Positions 26,355 to 39,818 of a stretch of DNA of 64,000 nucleotides are shown piece by piece. Under the pieces are notes generated by a model that saw only the letters and a list, made by a program, of their open reading frames with translations, was not told the DNA's origin and searched no databases. Location of the stretch: assembly GCA_964016885.1 (NCBI GenBank), contig OZ024740.1, forward strand, positions 258,664,001-258,728,000, in the 5' to 3' direction. Source of the DNA: Eledone cirrhosa. Taxonomy: Eukaryota. The translations under genes and the position numbers were made by a program. Position 1 is the stretch's first letter. Every line of letters begins with the position of its first letter.

Positions 26355-27006
26355 TATCTATCAATCTAACTCTCACTGCCACAAACATTACATCATTTCC
26401 TCCTTATCTCTCTTCTCTCTCTTTCTAACTCTCACATCTTTAAGAATTATACCAACTGAAACTGTTGCTTTAGAGCGTGTTGTGCCTGCCTCTCTGAAGG
26501 TTGAGTAGTGATGGGGACTAAGGGTGAACTGGCGGATACACAGAGAATGTGCTAGAAGGTTGGCAGGGGTTTGTCCGGCAGAAGGGGTAAGCACGGAATG
26601 GTGGAGTGTTTGGGATACGGTAGAATGTGTGTGACTGTTGGGTAATGGCGTGTCTGTTCCAAGAAGTAAGCACAGAAGGATGGAGTGGCGGAGCGCAGGA
26701 ACGAGGGCGATGTGTATAATGGACGTAAAATTACTTTCATTTCTCTCTAATTAACAGAATATTAGATCATTAGTATAGCAATAGTATGCCACTAATGATC
26801 CATAGTTACAGATCTAGCCGATAAGGGGCTACTTCGCTTCCAGATTGTAATCGTCAACTGTAATTGGTCGATATTGATCAGAAAGATTTATAGTTCAATA
26901 CATATTCTGACTTTTCCTTGGCATTTGAAGTCTTTCTCTTGCATATATATATATATATATATAATTCACACAAGACCAAAACGGTTAATAATATATCATT
27001 TTAATA

Positions 27007-27099
27007 AATTAACGCACGTTTCATCCAAATTTTAAGCAAATACATAATTAATTATAACTTAATCAATTAGACGAACAAAAAATGTGATTCATCAGAATC
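27007..27099 (-). ncRNA. Hammerhead motif with 66-nt stem II region in a degenerate fold-back element (about 26965-27255)
   Basis: Minus strand reads gatt CTGATGA atc...gat GAAA cgtgcg TT aatt. A partial inverted copy lies at about 27200-27255. Confidence 0.6.
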
Positions 27100-27261
27100 A
27101 ATAAAAAGAAAATATAAAAAATTAAGATCTCGTAAAATATATTGAAGTCAGATGTTAACCTAACGATTAATGTTTAAATAACAAAACGTCAATTGTTTTC
27201 TTATTCTGATGATTCCAAGCTTTTGTTCATCTAATAATTAAGTAATAATTAATTTTAAAAC

Positions 27262-27431
27262 AATAGATAAACCTTACCAAAAATTCTTCTAGTCCCGACT
27301 ATCGATAGTTTCGCTCGTACTTTGAAGCTCGGAGCCTCATGAATAATGCAACCATTAGACATTTTCACAAAGTACGAGCGAAACTATCGATAGTCGGAAT
27401 TGGGAGAGTTTTTGGTAACGTTTATCTATTT
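27262..27431. mobile_element. Fold-back element whose arms carry the 3' half of a hammerhead
   Basis: aaagtacgagc GAAA ctatcgatag TC occurs on both strands. Arms are about 60 bp. Confidence 0.65.
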
Positions 27432-27432
27432 T

Positions 27433-27700
27433 TTTCTTCAAACTTACATTTTAGACTTAGTTCCATTTAATTGATTATTTGTATAGTGAATTTCTACGGA
27501 CTAAGAGGAAAGACTGGGTAAATGTTATCTAACTGTTCCTCAGAGAGGAAAATCTGTAACATTTATCTGTTATCCCTTCAAAGTTACATTTTAAATTTAG
27601 CTCCGTTTAAATGATTATTTATTTGGTTGATTTCTACGGACTAAGAAGAAAAAATTGGATAAATTTTGTCTGACTATTCTTCAAACTTATAATTTTATAT
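27433..27700. repeat. Degenerate tandem duplication, unit about 140 bp
   Basis: cttcaaa.ttacatttta...atttctacggactaaga occurs twice, plus the start of a third copy. Confidence 0.7.
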
Positions 27701-28318
27701 ATACATGTGTGTGTGTGTGTATACAAATGCCTATATGTGTGTCTTTGTGTGTGAATTGGTGTCTTTAGTCGTGTATAAATTTAACTCATCTTTCCTTTTC
27801 ATCTTTCCCAGGTCGATAAAATAAAGTATCAATTAAGTATTGGGGTCGATATAATCGAATTTTACCTTCCCCAAATTGCAGGCCTTTACAGTTTGCTCAA
27901 GCTTTGATAAAACAGCAAGATGTATGCGTAGAATGAGTTCACAAGACCACGTTTACATATGCTTTCCTCTTTCCGTGATTGGGGAATGCCAGCCCCCTAG
28001 GCTGCTAGATTTACAAGGTTCAGCCTGCAGTTAAATTTTGTCAACATAAAATATCGGTTTTGTGAAAATTTCAATTGTCCGAAATTTTATAAATATTGAA
28101 ATTTCATCAAGCTATTTATTAATATATTCATTTATATTTCATCTAATAATTATTTTTACTCTAGTATAATTTAATCCAATTTAAACGTACACTATTTTAC
28201 AAAGAAAGACAATGATTATATTTAACGCCCAAATCTATGCATCCTTGATCATTGCAAAATCACTAATTATTAGTTTATTAATATAGTAATTAGTTAATTG
28301 ATTTGTTAATCTATTATT

Positions 28319-28417
28319 GGTTAACTTTGGCTTTCATCGTTACGGGGTCGATAAAATAAAGTACCAGTAATACACTGATTAATTGCTGGCCTTGTGCCAA
28401 AGGTAGAAACAATTATT
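28319..28417 (+). mobile_element. SINE 3' remnant (related remnants at about 27780-27888 plus and 30105-30205 minus)
   Basis: ttacggggtcgataaaataaagtaccagtaatacactg. Confidence 0.75.
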
Positions 28418-28580
28418 ATATATACATTTTTTTTACTTTACTTTAATATAATTTAATGTGACTGAGAAGGGTATGATGTGCCAGGCGAAACTTTTTAAAC
28501 ATTTAGCAAGATTAAGAATCGTTAATGTTGAAATAACTGCCACAGTTTTTAGTAGCTATAACAATAGGGGTCAACTCGGC

Positions 28581-28704
28581 TACTCTTGAGTCGCAAACAA
28601 TAGGATGGGTTGGAATAAGCGGGGATGGCGGGATCGGTAATTTTTTTAGGTTGTCTAAAAAATGAATTAGTTGGGAGAGGACGATTATTCGAGATCCGAG
28701 AGTA
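28581..28704. mobile_element. Putative decayed MITE with TACTCT...AGAGTA ends; a related end lies at about 19957-20010
   Basis: cgattattcgagatccgagagta is the reverse complement of tactctcggtcctcgaataatcg at 19957. Confidence 0.45.
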
Positions 28705-29559
28705 TTCGAAAACCATTAAAGCTTGAATAATGGTTTAGTTTGCGCTCGCATCCACAGTATATATCACAAACACTGATAACTATTCATACTCGAATTGATG
28801 CGAGTCTAGGTCTTTGTAGGTCCTTCAAACCTTGGTGGGAAACTGAGATTATTGTGTGAAGTTGTGCTTGCTGTCTCACCTGTGGGCGATGGATAAAGAT
28901 AAGCTACAAACATATGTCATCATACGTGACTACACACACACACGTGTGCTGTGCGTGTGTGTAGTCGCGTATGATGACATATGTTTGCGTGTGTGTGTGT
29001 GTGTTAAAACATATATATACATGCGTTTGCGTGTGTATACTAATTACTATTTGATGGACGCTGCGTAGCCGAATGGTTAAGAAGTTCGTTTTACAATCAT
29101 GAGGTTGCGAATTTCGTTACAACTGTCTTTTTTTAATGAGGTAAAGTAAAATTAATGAATAAACCTCCCGAGTTTATAAGTTTGATCGCTACTTAAAAAT
29201 TAACCGTTTACTTCTCTGTGAAATTGGCTTCCATTAAACTATATTGCGTTCAATTAATTTATAGTGAAACGAATTATTATATTAATAAATAAACGAATAT
29301 CTAAATAACTAAATAATTGATAAATTTGCAATATTCATAGAATTTGAAGTAATGAAGGACTACAAACACCTGCACTGAGTTACCTTTCTTTACGTAGCCA
29401 GATTGTCAATATAATATAATCATGGTAATCTCTAGTGAAAATATTTTATAATATGAATCGCCAAATGGACAGATGCTTCTCTGTCCATTTTTACTGTCTC
29501 CGGGGTGCTTTACCTGATATTTTCAACTATTATTCATAGTGACCAACTATTATCACAGA

Positions 29560-29750
29560 CGGTGGATTGGCAGTATCGGTAGAGAGTCGGACGCCACGCT
29601 TTGTAGCATAGAGTTGCGCCCCTTTGTGATCTGAGTTCAAATCCCGCTGAGGTTAACTTTACCTTTCATCCTTACGGGGTCGATAAAATAAAATACCAGT
29701 AATGCACTGAGCAATTGCTGGCCTTGTGCCAAAAGTAGAAACAATTATTA
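29560..29750 (+). mobile_element. tRNA-derived SINE with Deu/Nin-like domain, full length
   Basis: Colinear with 19287-19472. B-box gagttcaaatccc. Confidence 0.82.
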
Positions 29751-30427
29751 TAGACATATTTTGGAACGACTACATTTCAGATTTCAACAAATCGCAATGC
29801 TTCCTCAGTTAATGGGATGTTTATATAATTTATTAATTACTACTATACTTCAAGCAATCGGTTTGCATACTAAATATAGTAAGATAAAATAAATCTATTA
29901 CAGATTATCCATGTAACTAGCTGACAGAAATTCCTTTTAGAGGTGTTTAAAGTCTAAAACTGACAAAACCGGGCACATGAAGTAATGTACCTTCCAACAG
30001 GAGACGTAGCCTGAATGTTTGCAATAAAGTGCACTATGTCAAAAGCACACAACGATTAAGTGGAGGTGTTAAACCTGGCAATTAATTTGTTATATGTGTG
30101 TCATAAAAGTATTTGAATTCTCGTCCGATGCTCTCCTAATTCCGTCAACTCACCTCTCTGAACTTGGTACTTTATTTTATCTACCACGAAAGGATGAAAG
30201 TTTAAGGTGTAACAGAGGCTGCAAATCATTTTATCCCACATTCTAAGGATTTTACTAATTTGCTGTTTGAATACTGAAATTATTCGCATATTTTATTTAT
30301 AATCAATATCTCTATACAATGGGCTCTTTGGTTACAAAACATTGACGATAAGGAATGGAATCCTGCGAATGAATTATTTCTATATAAAAATTGCATAAAA
30401 TACTAAGGTCATCAAAAGGTTAACTTA

Positions 30428-30624
30428 CGACGGTCGGCTGAAAAGTTCATAAGCTGATCAAGATAATCTCAGGGAATTACCAAATGAGGTTTATTTTTCA
30501 AAATTATCCCTGGAAAGAAACAACGCAGTTGTTAATAAGGAGAGTTGAAATTAATGCATGCAAGATTTCATAGCTCTTGCATCATTCCTTCATACTCAGC
30601 CCATGAACTTTTCAACGACCCTCA
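30428..30624. mobile_element. Mariner-type MITE with ~30-bp imperfect TIRs and TA flanks
   Basis: ta|cgacggtcggctgaaaagttcataagctga ... tcagcccatgaacttttcaacgaccctca|ta. Confidence 0.7.
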
Positions 30625-30924
30625 TAAGTTCGCTCACAAATCCTGTATATTGCTGTTTAGGGTAATTACTTGGCAAGCTTTTATGCTCATTTGTCTTCAC
30701 TTTACAGATGCTGTTTGTCATATAAGCATTTATTTTCTGCCCGCTAGTATATGATAGGTGTTAGATGAGTTCACACTCTTCTGTTAATTTGTATTGAATA
30801 ACGCAAAACGGATGTAAACAAAACGATAAATCGAAAGAAAATTATTTTACTATAAACTAGTTATATTAGTAAGACTCATGAAGACCATATATATATATAT
30901 ATATATATATATACTTCGTTTTTA

Positions 30925-32050
30925 ATTTGTTTTGTGAGATTTCTTATCTGAAAACGTGTATTGAAAAAGATATTGTTATAAATTGGGAGGATCATGCTGC
31001 CAATAAAAAGCACACGCACCTGTTGGTTTTCACTCCAATTTATTATGAATTTCCGGCTTGTTGGTTCAATAACCGGAAGGTTGTTTATGTATTGTCAAAG
31101 TTCTTTCGTCACACATATTGTGACCTCCTCTGTGACTTCTTATTTTGTGTCTCTCCTTTGTTCTATCCTACAGCATCTTGTTTTTGTGTGTCATGTGCTG
31201 TGTATCTGGTTTCAGCATGCTTGCGTTACAATCCAGGTGCATGTTTTTTTTTAATCTATTTATTTATGTGTTTATGTACGTGTGACTAGTTGGTTGATTG
31301 TTCTATCTGTGTGTGTTCTAGTTTGTTTTATACGTTTGGTTTTTGTGTGTGTCTGTATGTCTTCATTTTGTCTTTAATTACTAGTTGTGATGTTGTTGCT
31401 ATTCCACTCGTATTTTCTGTTTAATATTGGTTGGAGTTCGTTTATGTGTGTCGCCTCTGTCATTTCTTAATCCTTTCTATTTTAATCTAAAAATTGCTCC
31501 TAAACATGGGGAAAGCTCGCATTAATTTCTACAATCTTTGCCCGTTTGGTCCTAGCTCCTTTATATACCCTAATCTTGTCTCTCTGATTGTAGCCAGAGA
31601 ACAACTGCATGTGGTGGATGAAGTGTTGCATGTGTCTCTCTAATTATTTGGGGTTGCACATGCGGGACACATTCCTTAGTATGTTGACTTTCATGTTATT
31701 CGAACCGACTGCGTTTCGGTGGTTCAGGTACTTGGAGGTCATGGGTTTGGCATAATACGAATGGAGGATTTGTGTTCTATAATTAATAGTTTCTAACTAG
31801 AGTTCTGTGTCTAGTACGGGTAATCTATGGTTGGGGTGTTTAGTTCGGTAGTCTATGGTAGCTTTAATACTCTGGTGGAAAGAGTTGGCTATTTGTTGGG
31901 GGGGGGGAGGGGGGCTTTCTATGGTGTCCCTTTTTAATTCCTCAGGAGGTCACAGAATGTGTAACGAAAGAACATTGACAATTTATAAACAACCAACTGG
32001 AAGTGTATAATAAATTGAAGTGAAAACCAGCAGGTGCGTGTGTGTTTTAT
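30925..32050 (-). mobile_element. Deleted PLE copy related to the 16936-19240 family, with a short inverted pseudo-LTR at 31940-32050
   Basis: Minus strand encodes IANSFHQSIKATIDY...RLPVLD and SYYAKPMTSKYL. cacacgcacctg.tggttttcact occurs in both orientations. Confidence 0.75.
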
Positions 32051-32054
32051 TTGC

Positions 32055-32146
<92 letters not shown>

Positions 32147-32174
32147 GTGTGTGTCTGTGTGTGTGTCTGTGTGT

Positions 32175-32206
<32 letters not shown>

Positions 32207-32261
32207 CACTCTTCTCCTATATATATATATGTGTGTGTGCGTGTGTGTGTGTGACTATTTT

Positions 32262-32320
<59 letters not shown>

Positions 32321-32453
32321 ATGTGTAAATCTGAGTTTTTCGAATACTAATAATAATATTCGATTCGTTTGCAATTATGCAAACAGCCTCTTAAGCCAAG
32401 TCAGTAGAATGACTCCGACATTCTTGCTCTTGTTTTGGCATGTAAACAAATCT

Positions 32454-32494
32454 GCAGACACTAATGTTTCTGGGTTATTACCCTTCATCAGTAC
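32454..32494 (-). ncRNA. Type I hammerhead motif
   Basis: Minus strand reads gta CTGATGA agggt-aata-accca GAAA ca-ttag-tg TC tgc. Confidence 0.72.
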
Positions 32495-33220
32495 TGTATA
32501 CTGTTTACCTGCCAATTGCCAGAACTAGTGTAAATATATGTTAGTTATTTGACTATGGCAAAGCCGACCATTAATCGCTCGTATACTTAAAACTGGCTGG
32601 CTTATTTGCTGATATGCAAATCTGGCTGATCAGTGGGTCTGCTAATATGCAGATTTGACGGATTAGGCAGTCTGCTAATATGCAAATCCGGCCGATCAGC
32701 CACTGTATATTCCAGAAAATATCATATATTATATATACATATTACAATCAGCCGTCATTTTTTACAGCTCGGGGCCAGCTAATTGTATTATAATAAGTTA
32801 GTCGGTAGCATCGTCAGCCTGTTTTGCCATCTCATCCGAGTTTACCCTATTTAATTCCTCTTAATTGGCTTCCCTAATAGGGAGTTATTACGGCTATATT
32901 TTATAACGATGTCAACCACAATGATTTATTTTCCCTTATTAATCACATGCCATTAATCACATCAGGCGGTGAATTGGTAGAGCCGTTAGAACATCGGATA
33001 GATTGCTTTCCGGTGTTTGTTTCGGTTCTCTGCTCACTGAGTTCAAATCCAGTCCTTGAAGACATCTGCTTTCGTATTTAGACAGTTTTTATGTTCGATG
33101 AGGGTTTTCTTTTAGAATGCTCCATCTTTCGCCTCTGCACAAGATTGAAGCTTGACCTACTGTTAATATTCATTACGAAATTCAGTTATGCTATATATAT
33201 TTAGCATAACTGAATTTATA

Positions 33221-33830
<610 letters not shown>

Positions 33831-33923
33831 TTAATATATATATATATATATATATAGTAATAATCAGAAGATCGCGTATAGAGTGAAAGCAGAAATTCTT
33901 TGCTCAAACTTTAATCTGTACTA

Positions 33924-33998
<75 letters not shown>

Positions 33999-34539
33999 CG
34001 GAAGTTCGGATCTAGCTGTCGAAACGGCCGGAGCTCAGCCGTCGGGGTCCTGACTCTTCTCCTATATATATATATTTGTGTTTGTGTGTGTGTGTTTGTG
34101 TGTGTGTGTTGTGCGCGTGTGTGTGTGTAAAGGTATGTACGTATGTATGACTGTATATTATTAGTATTAGTGAGTCTAGTCAAAGTAGTAGTTTTAACAT
34201 GTCAGAGCCATGTTTTAGTGATACGCAGTATAATCCACACAGTATCATCTGCTCATGTTCAACTATAATTACTTCATATGGTTGTATGCATCCGAAATAC
34301 ACGTATATAGTGAAATATAATTTGATAGACAATAAAAGCATAAAAAAACAAAATGAGTAATAATTCATTGTTTTATGATCGCTATACCGTACCGATTCTG
34401 TTGTTATTTGTTTACCTTTTACCTACACACACACTCTCTCTCTCTCTCTCTCTCGCTCGCTCTATCTCGCTCGCTCTCTCTCTCTCACACACACACACAT
34501 ACACACACACACACACATATATATTTATATATATATATA

Positions 34540-36060
34540 TTGTTATACTTTGGGAGGGTCATGTTGCCAATAAGAAACACACGCACCAGTGTTTTCACTC
34601 CAATTTATATATATAAAGCTGTGGTTGTCTGTCTGTCTATCGATTTTTGGCACACATCTCCTCTTAGAATCTCTGACGGAATTGCACCGAAATTGCTATA
34701 CTTGTACATTGAGCCCTAGCGAAGACATCGGAAAAAAAATATTTCAAATTGACCCACCCTATGTGACGAAATCGAATCTAATGTATCGATTTTTGAGCGT
34801 AAGTGACGAGTTATTTCCCTTTGTTCTGTTTACATTGAGCGTCTTACGTTGTTTTTCTCTGCGTTGCAGTGTTTACATTTTCGATCTTTGTTAATAAATA
34901 ACCAGTGCAGTTTTTATCCCCAGCATCCTCTTTTGTTATAACATTCGGGTTATCGTTGTTTTCTTAACTTCATAAGGCATATTGTTGGTTGAGGGAATAT
35001 TAATCAAAAACACCACATGCAAGTCTGCACAGTAGACACTACAGTTTTTAAGCCAAAAAAGAAACTTAACATTGTAACTTTAACACAGCTACTGAGCGAC
35101 CCCGAGCAACGCCGGGCTTTACTGCTAGTTTATTATAAATTAAAACATTTTTTTTTTTAATTTATACATTTCCGGTTGGTTGGTTGGTTCCACAACCGGA
35201 CGGTTGTTCATATATTGTCAAAGTTCTTTCGTCACACATTCTGTGACCCGTCAGTGACTGGGGATTATTTTTTTGTTTGGTGCCTCTCCTTTGTTCTGTC
35301 CTACACCATCTTGTTTTTGTTTGTGTTGTGTGCTTAGTTTGCGCATGTGTTACATCCGGGTGTCTGTGTGTGTTTTTATTTGTTTATTTATTTGTTTATT
35401 TACATGTTACTGGCTGGTTGTTTGTTCTATGTGTGTGTGTTTTCATTTTGTCCTTAATTGTAAGTTGTGATGTTGCTATTCCATTCATGTTTTCTATTTA
35501 ATTTTGGTTGGAGTTCATTTATGTTTATTGCCTCTGTGATTTGCGTCTTGTCTGTGTGTAGATTTTATTTTTATTTCTGTTCTCTAATTTGCCCTTATGT
35601 TCTATTTTAGCATGTTGGTGGAGTATTGATGATTCTTTTCTATCTTGAAGCTCTCGCCAGTGTTCATTTAACCGTTCTCCTATACTACGAGCCGCCTCAC
35701 CTATGTACACTGTATTCTTATCTTTACATTGTCCTTCGGTACATCTTATGCTATATATATACTATGTTTCTAGTTTTACAGTTTAATATGGGGATACAGG
35801 GAGGTCTTTGAAAAGGGTATGTATTACTAATAAGTGTTTTTATGGAGGTACCTGGTCTTTCTACTATCTTAATATTAAGTTTAAGTTTATCTAGGGCCCT
35901 TCTAAATTTGTAAGTTAATTCACCTCCAGGGGTTCTATTGATGAACATTACACCCTGGTATTTATTGCTATCATACCATGAGTTTATTCTATTAACATTA
36001 TTCCTAGTTCTTTCTATTCTATTCCAAAATTTGCTCCTATACAAGAGGCAGGTCCCATTT
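34540..36060 (-). mobile_element. PLE 3' portion (GIY-YIG plus pseudo-LTR) interrupted by a Helitron
   Basis: CKTRNIVY and YIGEAARSIGERLNEH. The pLTR matches 30970-31440. Confidence 0.8.
34604..35128 (+). mobile_element. Non-autonomous Helitron
   Basis: 3' hairpin cccgagcaacgccggg followed by CTAG. 5' end t(t)tatatatataaagctg with (gtct)n. Inserted at A|T with no TSD into the pLTR sequence ccaa|tttattat, which is intact at about 31035. Confidence 0.8.
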
Positions 36061-36672
36061 ATGTTGCCCTCTGCAACAACAGTGTACCACATCCACTGTC
36101 GTCTACAAGGCTGAAGTTACATCCACCCAGCCGAATTGACAGCAGGAGGGCCGGTTTAAAGAACGCTTCTTTAACCACCAGCGACCTTTTGACACTCTGA
36201 CAAGCGATCAACCACGAGGTAAGCCACGTAAGGTCACTCAAGGATGCAGGCGTGGACTTCTCTATTCAATGACAAATCCTCAGTAAATCGAGACCATACG
36301 TAAATGGAATGAAGTCCTGTAAATTGTGCATCGATAAAAAAGCAAATATCTTGCAGAGTTAACGTAACACGAGAACCGATTTTTTTAATGGCTGCCCTTA
36401 TACTGCGAAATTTCTATTGCGTAACTGGAAGGATCTAGGATAACCAGCAGTTTAACCTAGGCTGAACTATCGAAAAGAATCGTTCTTCAAAATATGTCCC
36501 CTACAACAATTGTACTCGGGTTACCTCCCTGTTGCCCAACTACTGACATCTGCTGCAAAGAATCCAGCCAGCTCTTAAATACTTTCGTTCTCGCTATAAC
36601 CATACACGAGCTGAAGAATCTTTCGGGTGAACCGCGTGTTCTCAGGTATGTTTTGTGAATTTGACATGAAAC

Positions 36673-36680
<8 letters not shown>
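36060..36680 (+). mobile_element. Decayed PLE GIY-YIG fragment plus pLTR, related to 3544-4310
   Basis: GRFKERFFNH and CKLCI. Degenerate HHR gag CTGAAGA atctttcgggt GAAC...gtt ctc at about 36608-36643. Confidence 0.7.
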
Positions 36681-36766
<86 letters not shown>

Positions 36767-36879
36767 TGTCACACACACACATACATACATATATATATAA
36801 ATAATTGTTGTGGGATGCTTAAAACGTACGTAGGCGGTAGGCCGTTTGAGCACTCGATGCTCTTACAGAGCAGACTATA

Positions 36880-37183
36880 ATATCATATAAGAATCGGAGA
36901 ATCAGTGGTGCGACGAATGAAATTTATTAGACATATTACAATCGTTTCTCTGGCGACCAGCTCGAGGCACGATCGATGCAAGATCATCAGATACGTCTCG
37001 ATTCTACGAAGCAGAGTTTCCAGAAACTCAGCTTCGTAGAATCAAGACGTATCTGATGATCTTGCGATTTCAGAGTCAGGTTCGATCATTGCAACGATCG
37101 TGCTTCGAGCTAGTCGCCAGAGAAACGATTTTAATATGTCTAATAAATTTTATTCGTCGCACCACTGATTCTCCGTTGCTTAT

Positions 37184-37188
<5 letters not shown>
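36880..37188. mobile_element. Fold-back PLE terminus with an HHR in each arm (36930-36997 minus, intact; 37046-37140 plus, altered)
   Basis: Minus strand reads gacgtat CTGATGA tct...aga GAAA cgattg TA atatgtc. Centre gagtttccagaaactc. Confidence 0.82.
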
Positions 37189-37236
<48 letters not shown>

Positions 37237-37749
37237 TATCAAATGATTCTATGGACATAATTTATAGTACATATATATATATATATATATATGCATAAGT
37301 AGCTAATAAACAGTGTAGATAATAAGTAAAGAGAAGCAAGCCCTTGGAATGAGTTACCAACTATAAAGAAGCAAAAGCGAAGCCTCTTCCCAACATCTCA
37401 CCACGATTCTTCTTAAAGAAACTGAAAGTATATAAAAATAAAGAAATAAACAACCCAAGCAAAAAAATCTGTCGAATCAGCGTTCTATGATATTTCTGTG
37501 ACAGAGTTGAAGTAAACTCTCTCAGTAGGAACACAGTAGGACTTATTCTGTTCACCTCTGACCCCTATTTCGGATGAGTGATGTGTGTTTTAAACTCATA
37601 TTTTTAGTATGCAGCTCCGGGGGCTATCAGTGCCAGTTTGTCAGTGCTGATAACATTAGGGGTCAGACTTTAGAAACGATCTTTTTCAGCTTTCTTTCTT
37701 CCCCCTACTTTAAATACATCCACTTGTTTATTTTATCAAGTTTGGCCTT

Positions 37750-38672
37750 GTTTTTGTTGCAGCTGTTGTTGTTGTTGGAGGTGGGGGTGATGTCGTCGTC
37801 GTTCTTGTTGTTGTTGATGTTAGAAGTAGAGGTAGTGGTGGTGGGGGCGGGGGCTGATGGAGGTGGTGGTAGCGGCGGTGGTGGTGAGGTTGTGATGGTG
37901 CTGGTGCTGCTGCTGTTGTTATTTATGGTGTAGGTGCTATTGTTGTTGGTGATGCTGTTATTGGTAGAGGTGCTGCTGTTATTGTTGCTGATTGTGGCGA
38001 TGGTGGTGGTGGTGGTAGTGGTGGTGGTGGTGGTACTGCTGCTTGTGGTGGTGTTGGTGGTGGTGGTAGTGGTAGTGGTGGTGCTACTGATGATGTTGTT
38101 GTTGCTGGTTGTGGTAGTGGTGGTGCTACTGATGATGATGTTGTTGCTGATTGTAGTGGTGGTGGTGGTGGTGGTGGTGGTGGTGGTGGAGGTGGTGGTG
38201 GTGTTACTGCTGCTGTTGTTGTTGCTGCTTGTGGTGGTGGTAGTGGTAGTGGTGGTGCTACTGATGCTGTTGTTGCTGATTGTGGTGGTGGGGTGGTGGT
38301 GATGGTGCTACTGCTGCTGTTGTTGTTGCTGATTGTGGTGGTGGTGGTAGTGGTGGTGCTACTGCTGTTGTTGTTGCTGATTGTGGTGGTGGTGGTAGTG
38401 GTGGTGCTACTGCTGCTGTTGTTGCTGCTGATTGTGGTGGTGGTAGTGGTGGTGGTAGTGGTGGTGCTACTGCTGCTGTTGTTGGTGATGTTCTTATATG
38501 TTAGTTGTGGTGGTTGCAGCGGTGGTGGTAGCAGTGCTGTTGTGTTTTGCTCTTCTTGGTGTTCAGGTTGTGGTTGGGATGTTATTGTTATTGTTGCTGC
38601 TACAGTTGTTGTTTGCGTTGTTTTTTGTTCTACTTCTTCCTCTTCCACTTCATCTTAATTGTTGTTGATCAT

Positions 38673-38758
<86 letters not shown>

Positions 38759-39145
38759 GGTGGTGTTGGTGGTGGTGGTGGTGATGGTGGTGGTGGCGGT
38801 GGCGGTGGTAGTAGTAGTTGTTGTTACTGTGGTGATGGTGGTGGGTTCTGAAGATGGTGCTGGTGAGCGACTTGCCTTCGCCATCGTCTTCCTACTTCCC
38901 CTTCGTCTTCTATTTCATTCTTTGTCCTCTTCGTCTCCTTCTTCCCTTCTCCTTCCTCTACTTCGTCGTCGTTGTTGCCATTCTTTCTTCGTTTTCATCT
39001 TCTTAGTCTTTTACTTATTCTTTTCTTCAGATGAAAAGAAGTCATTTTTTATTAATTTTCATATTAATAATGTTAAATGACGATAACCCTAGTAATAACT
39101 ATGGTGGTGTGGTTGTGGTGGTGGTGGTTGTGGTGGTGATGATGC
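37750..39145. repeat. GGT/GTT/GTA trinucleotide low-complexity tract
   Basis: Direct reading, with a recurring sub-unit gtggtgctactgctgctgttgttgttgctgattgtggtggt. Confidence 0.9.
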
Positions 39146-39216
39146 AATAGAACCTGGTGAGAATTCACAATTTCCATAAATTTCCTCGCAATAACACATC
39201 AGAGTAAAAAATACAA

Positions 39217-39293
<77 letters not shown>

Positions 39294-39761
39294 CACACAC
39301 GCACACACACACACCCACACATATCTATATATATAAAGTTGGAGTTCCTGTCTTTTGTTTGTTTGGTTGGTTGTTTGTTTGTTCACGAGCTCCTCCTATG
39401 GTTTTGGATATAGACCCCCATAACCATATATATTCTGATACTACATTGCCCAGTGTACTTGGATAAGTATATTTCATTTTAATCAAAGGGTTCTTCGGGG
39501 GCACAAACCCCCGCCGAAAGTATTTTCCCTTCGATTTATATGAAATTTAAACCATAGGTAAATGACAAGATATGATGCCTATTCACAAAAGTGTTGAATT
39601 GATATTTTGAAAAAAACTATTTACAAGAAACAAAATAAGAATAAGATTTAATATTGTAATTTTGATATTACAAAAAATAATGTTTTCCAATGTTTCATGC
39701 ATTACATTTTACATTGAGCAATATTAAAATGCACAGTTTTTCTCCATAAATTATATCACTG

Positions 39762-39818
<57 letters not shown>

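Noticed and set aside
27433-27700. CRISPR-like array
   Set aside because: Eukaryotic context, long degenerate units, no unique spacers and no cas genes.
29055-29125. tRNA gene
   Set aside because: Only a degenerate A/B-box head with no cloverleaf. It is a likely SINE remnant, like those at about 32965, 48400 and 60060.
37574-39080. Long poly-V/T/P ORFs suggesting a mucin- or extensin-like gene
   Set aside because: These are trinucleotide low-complexity tracts open in several frames on both strands, with no splice or domain evidence.
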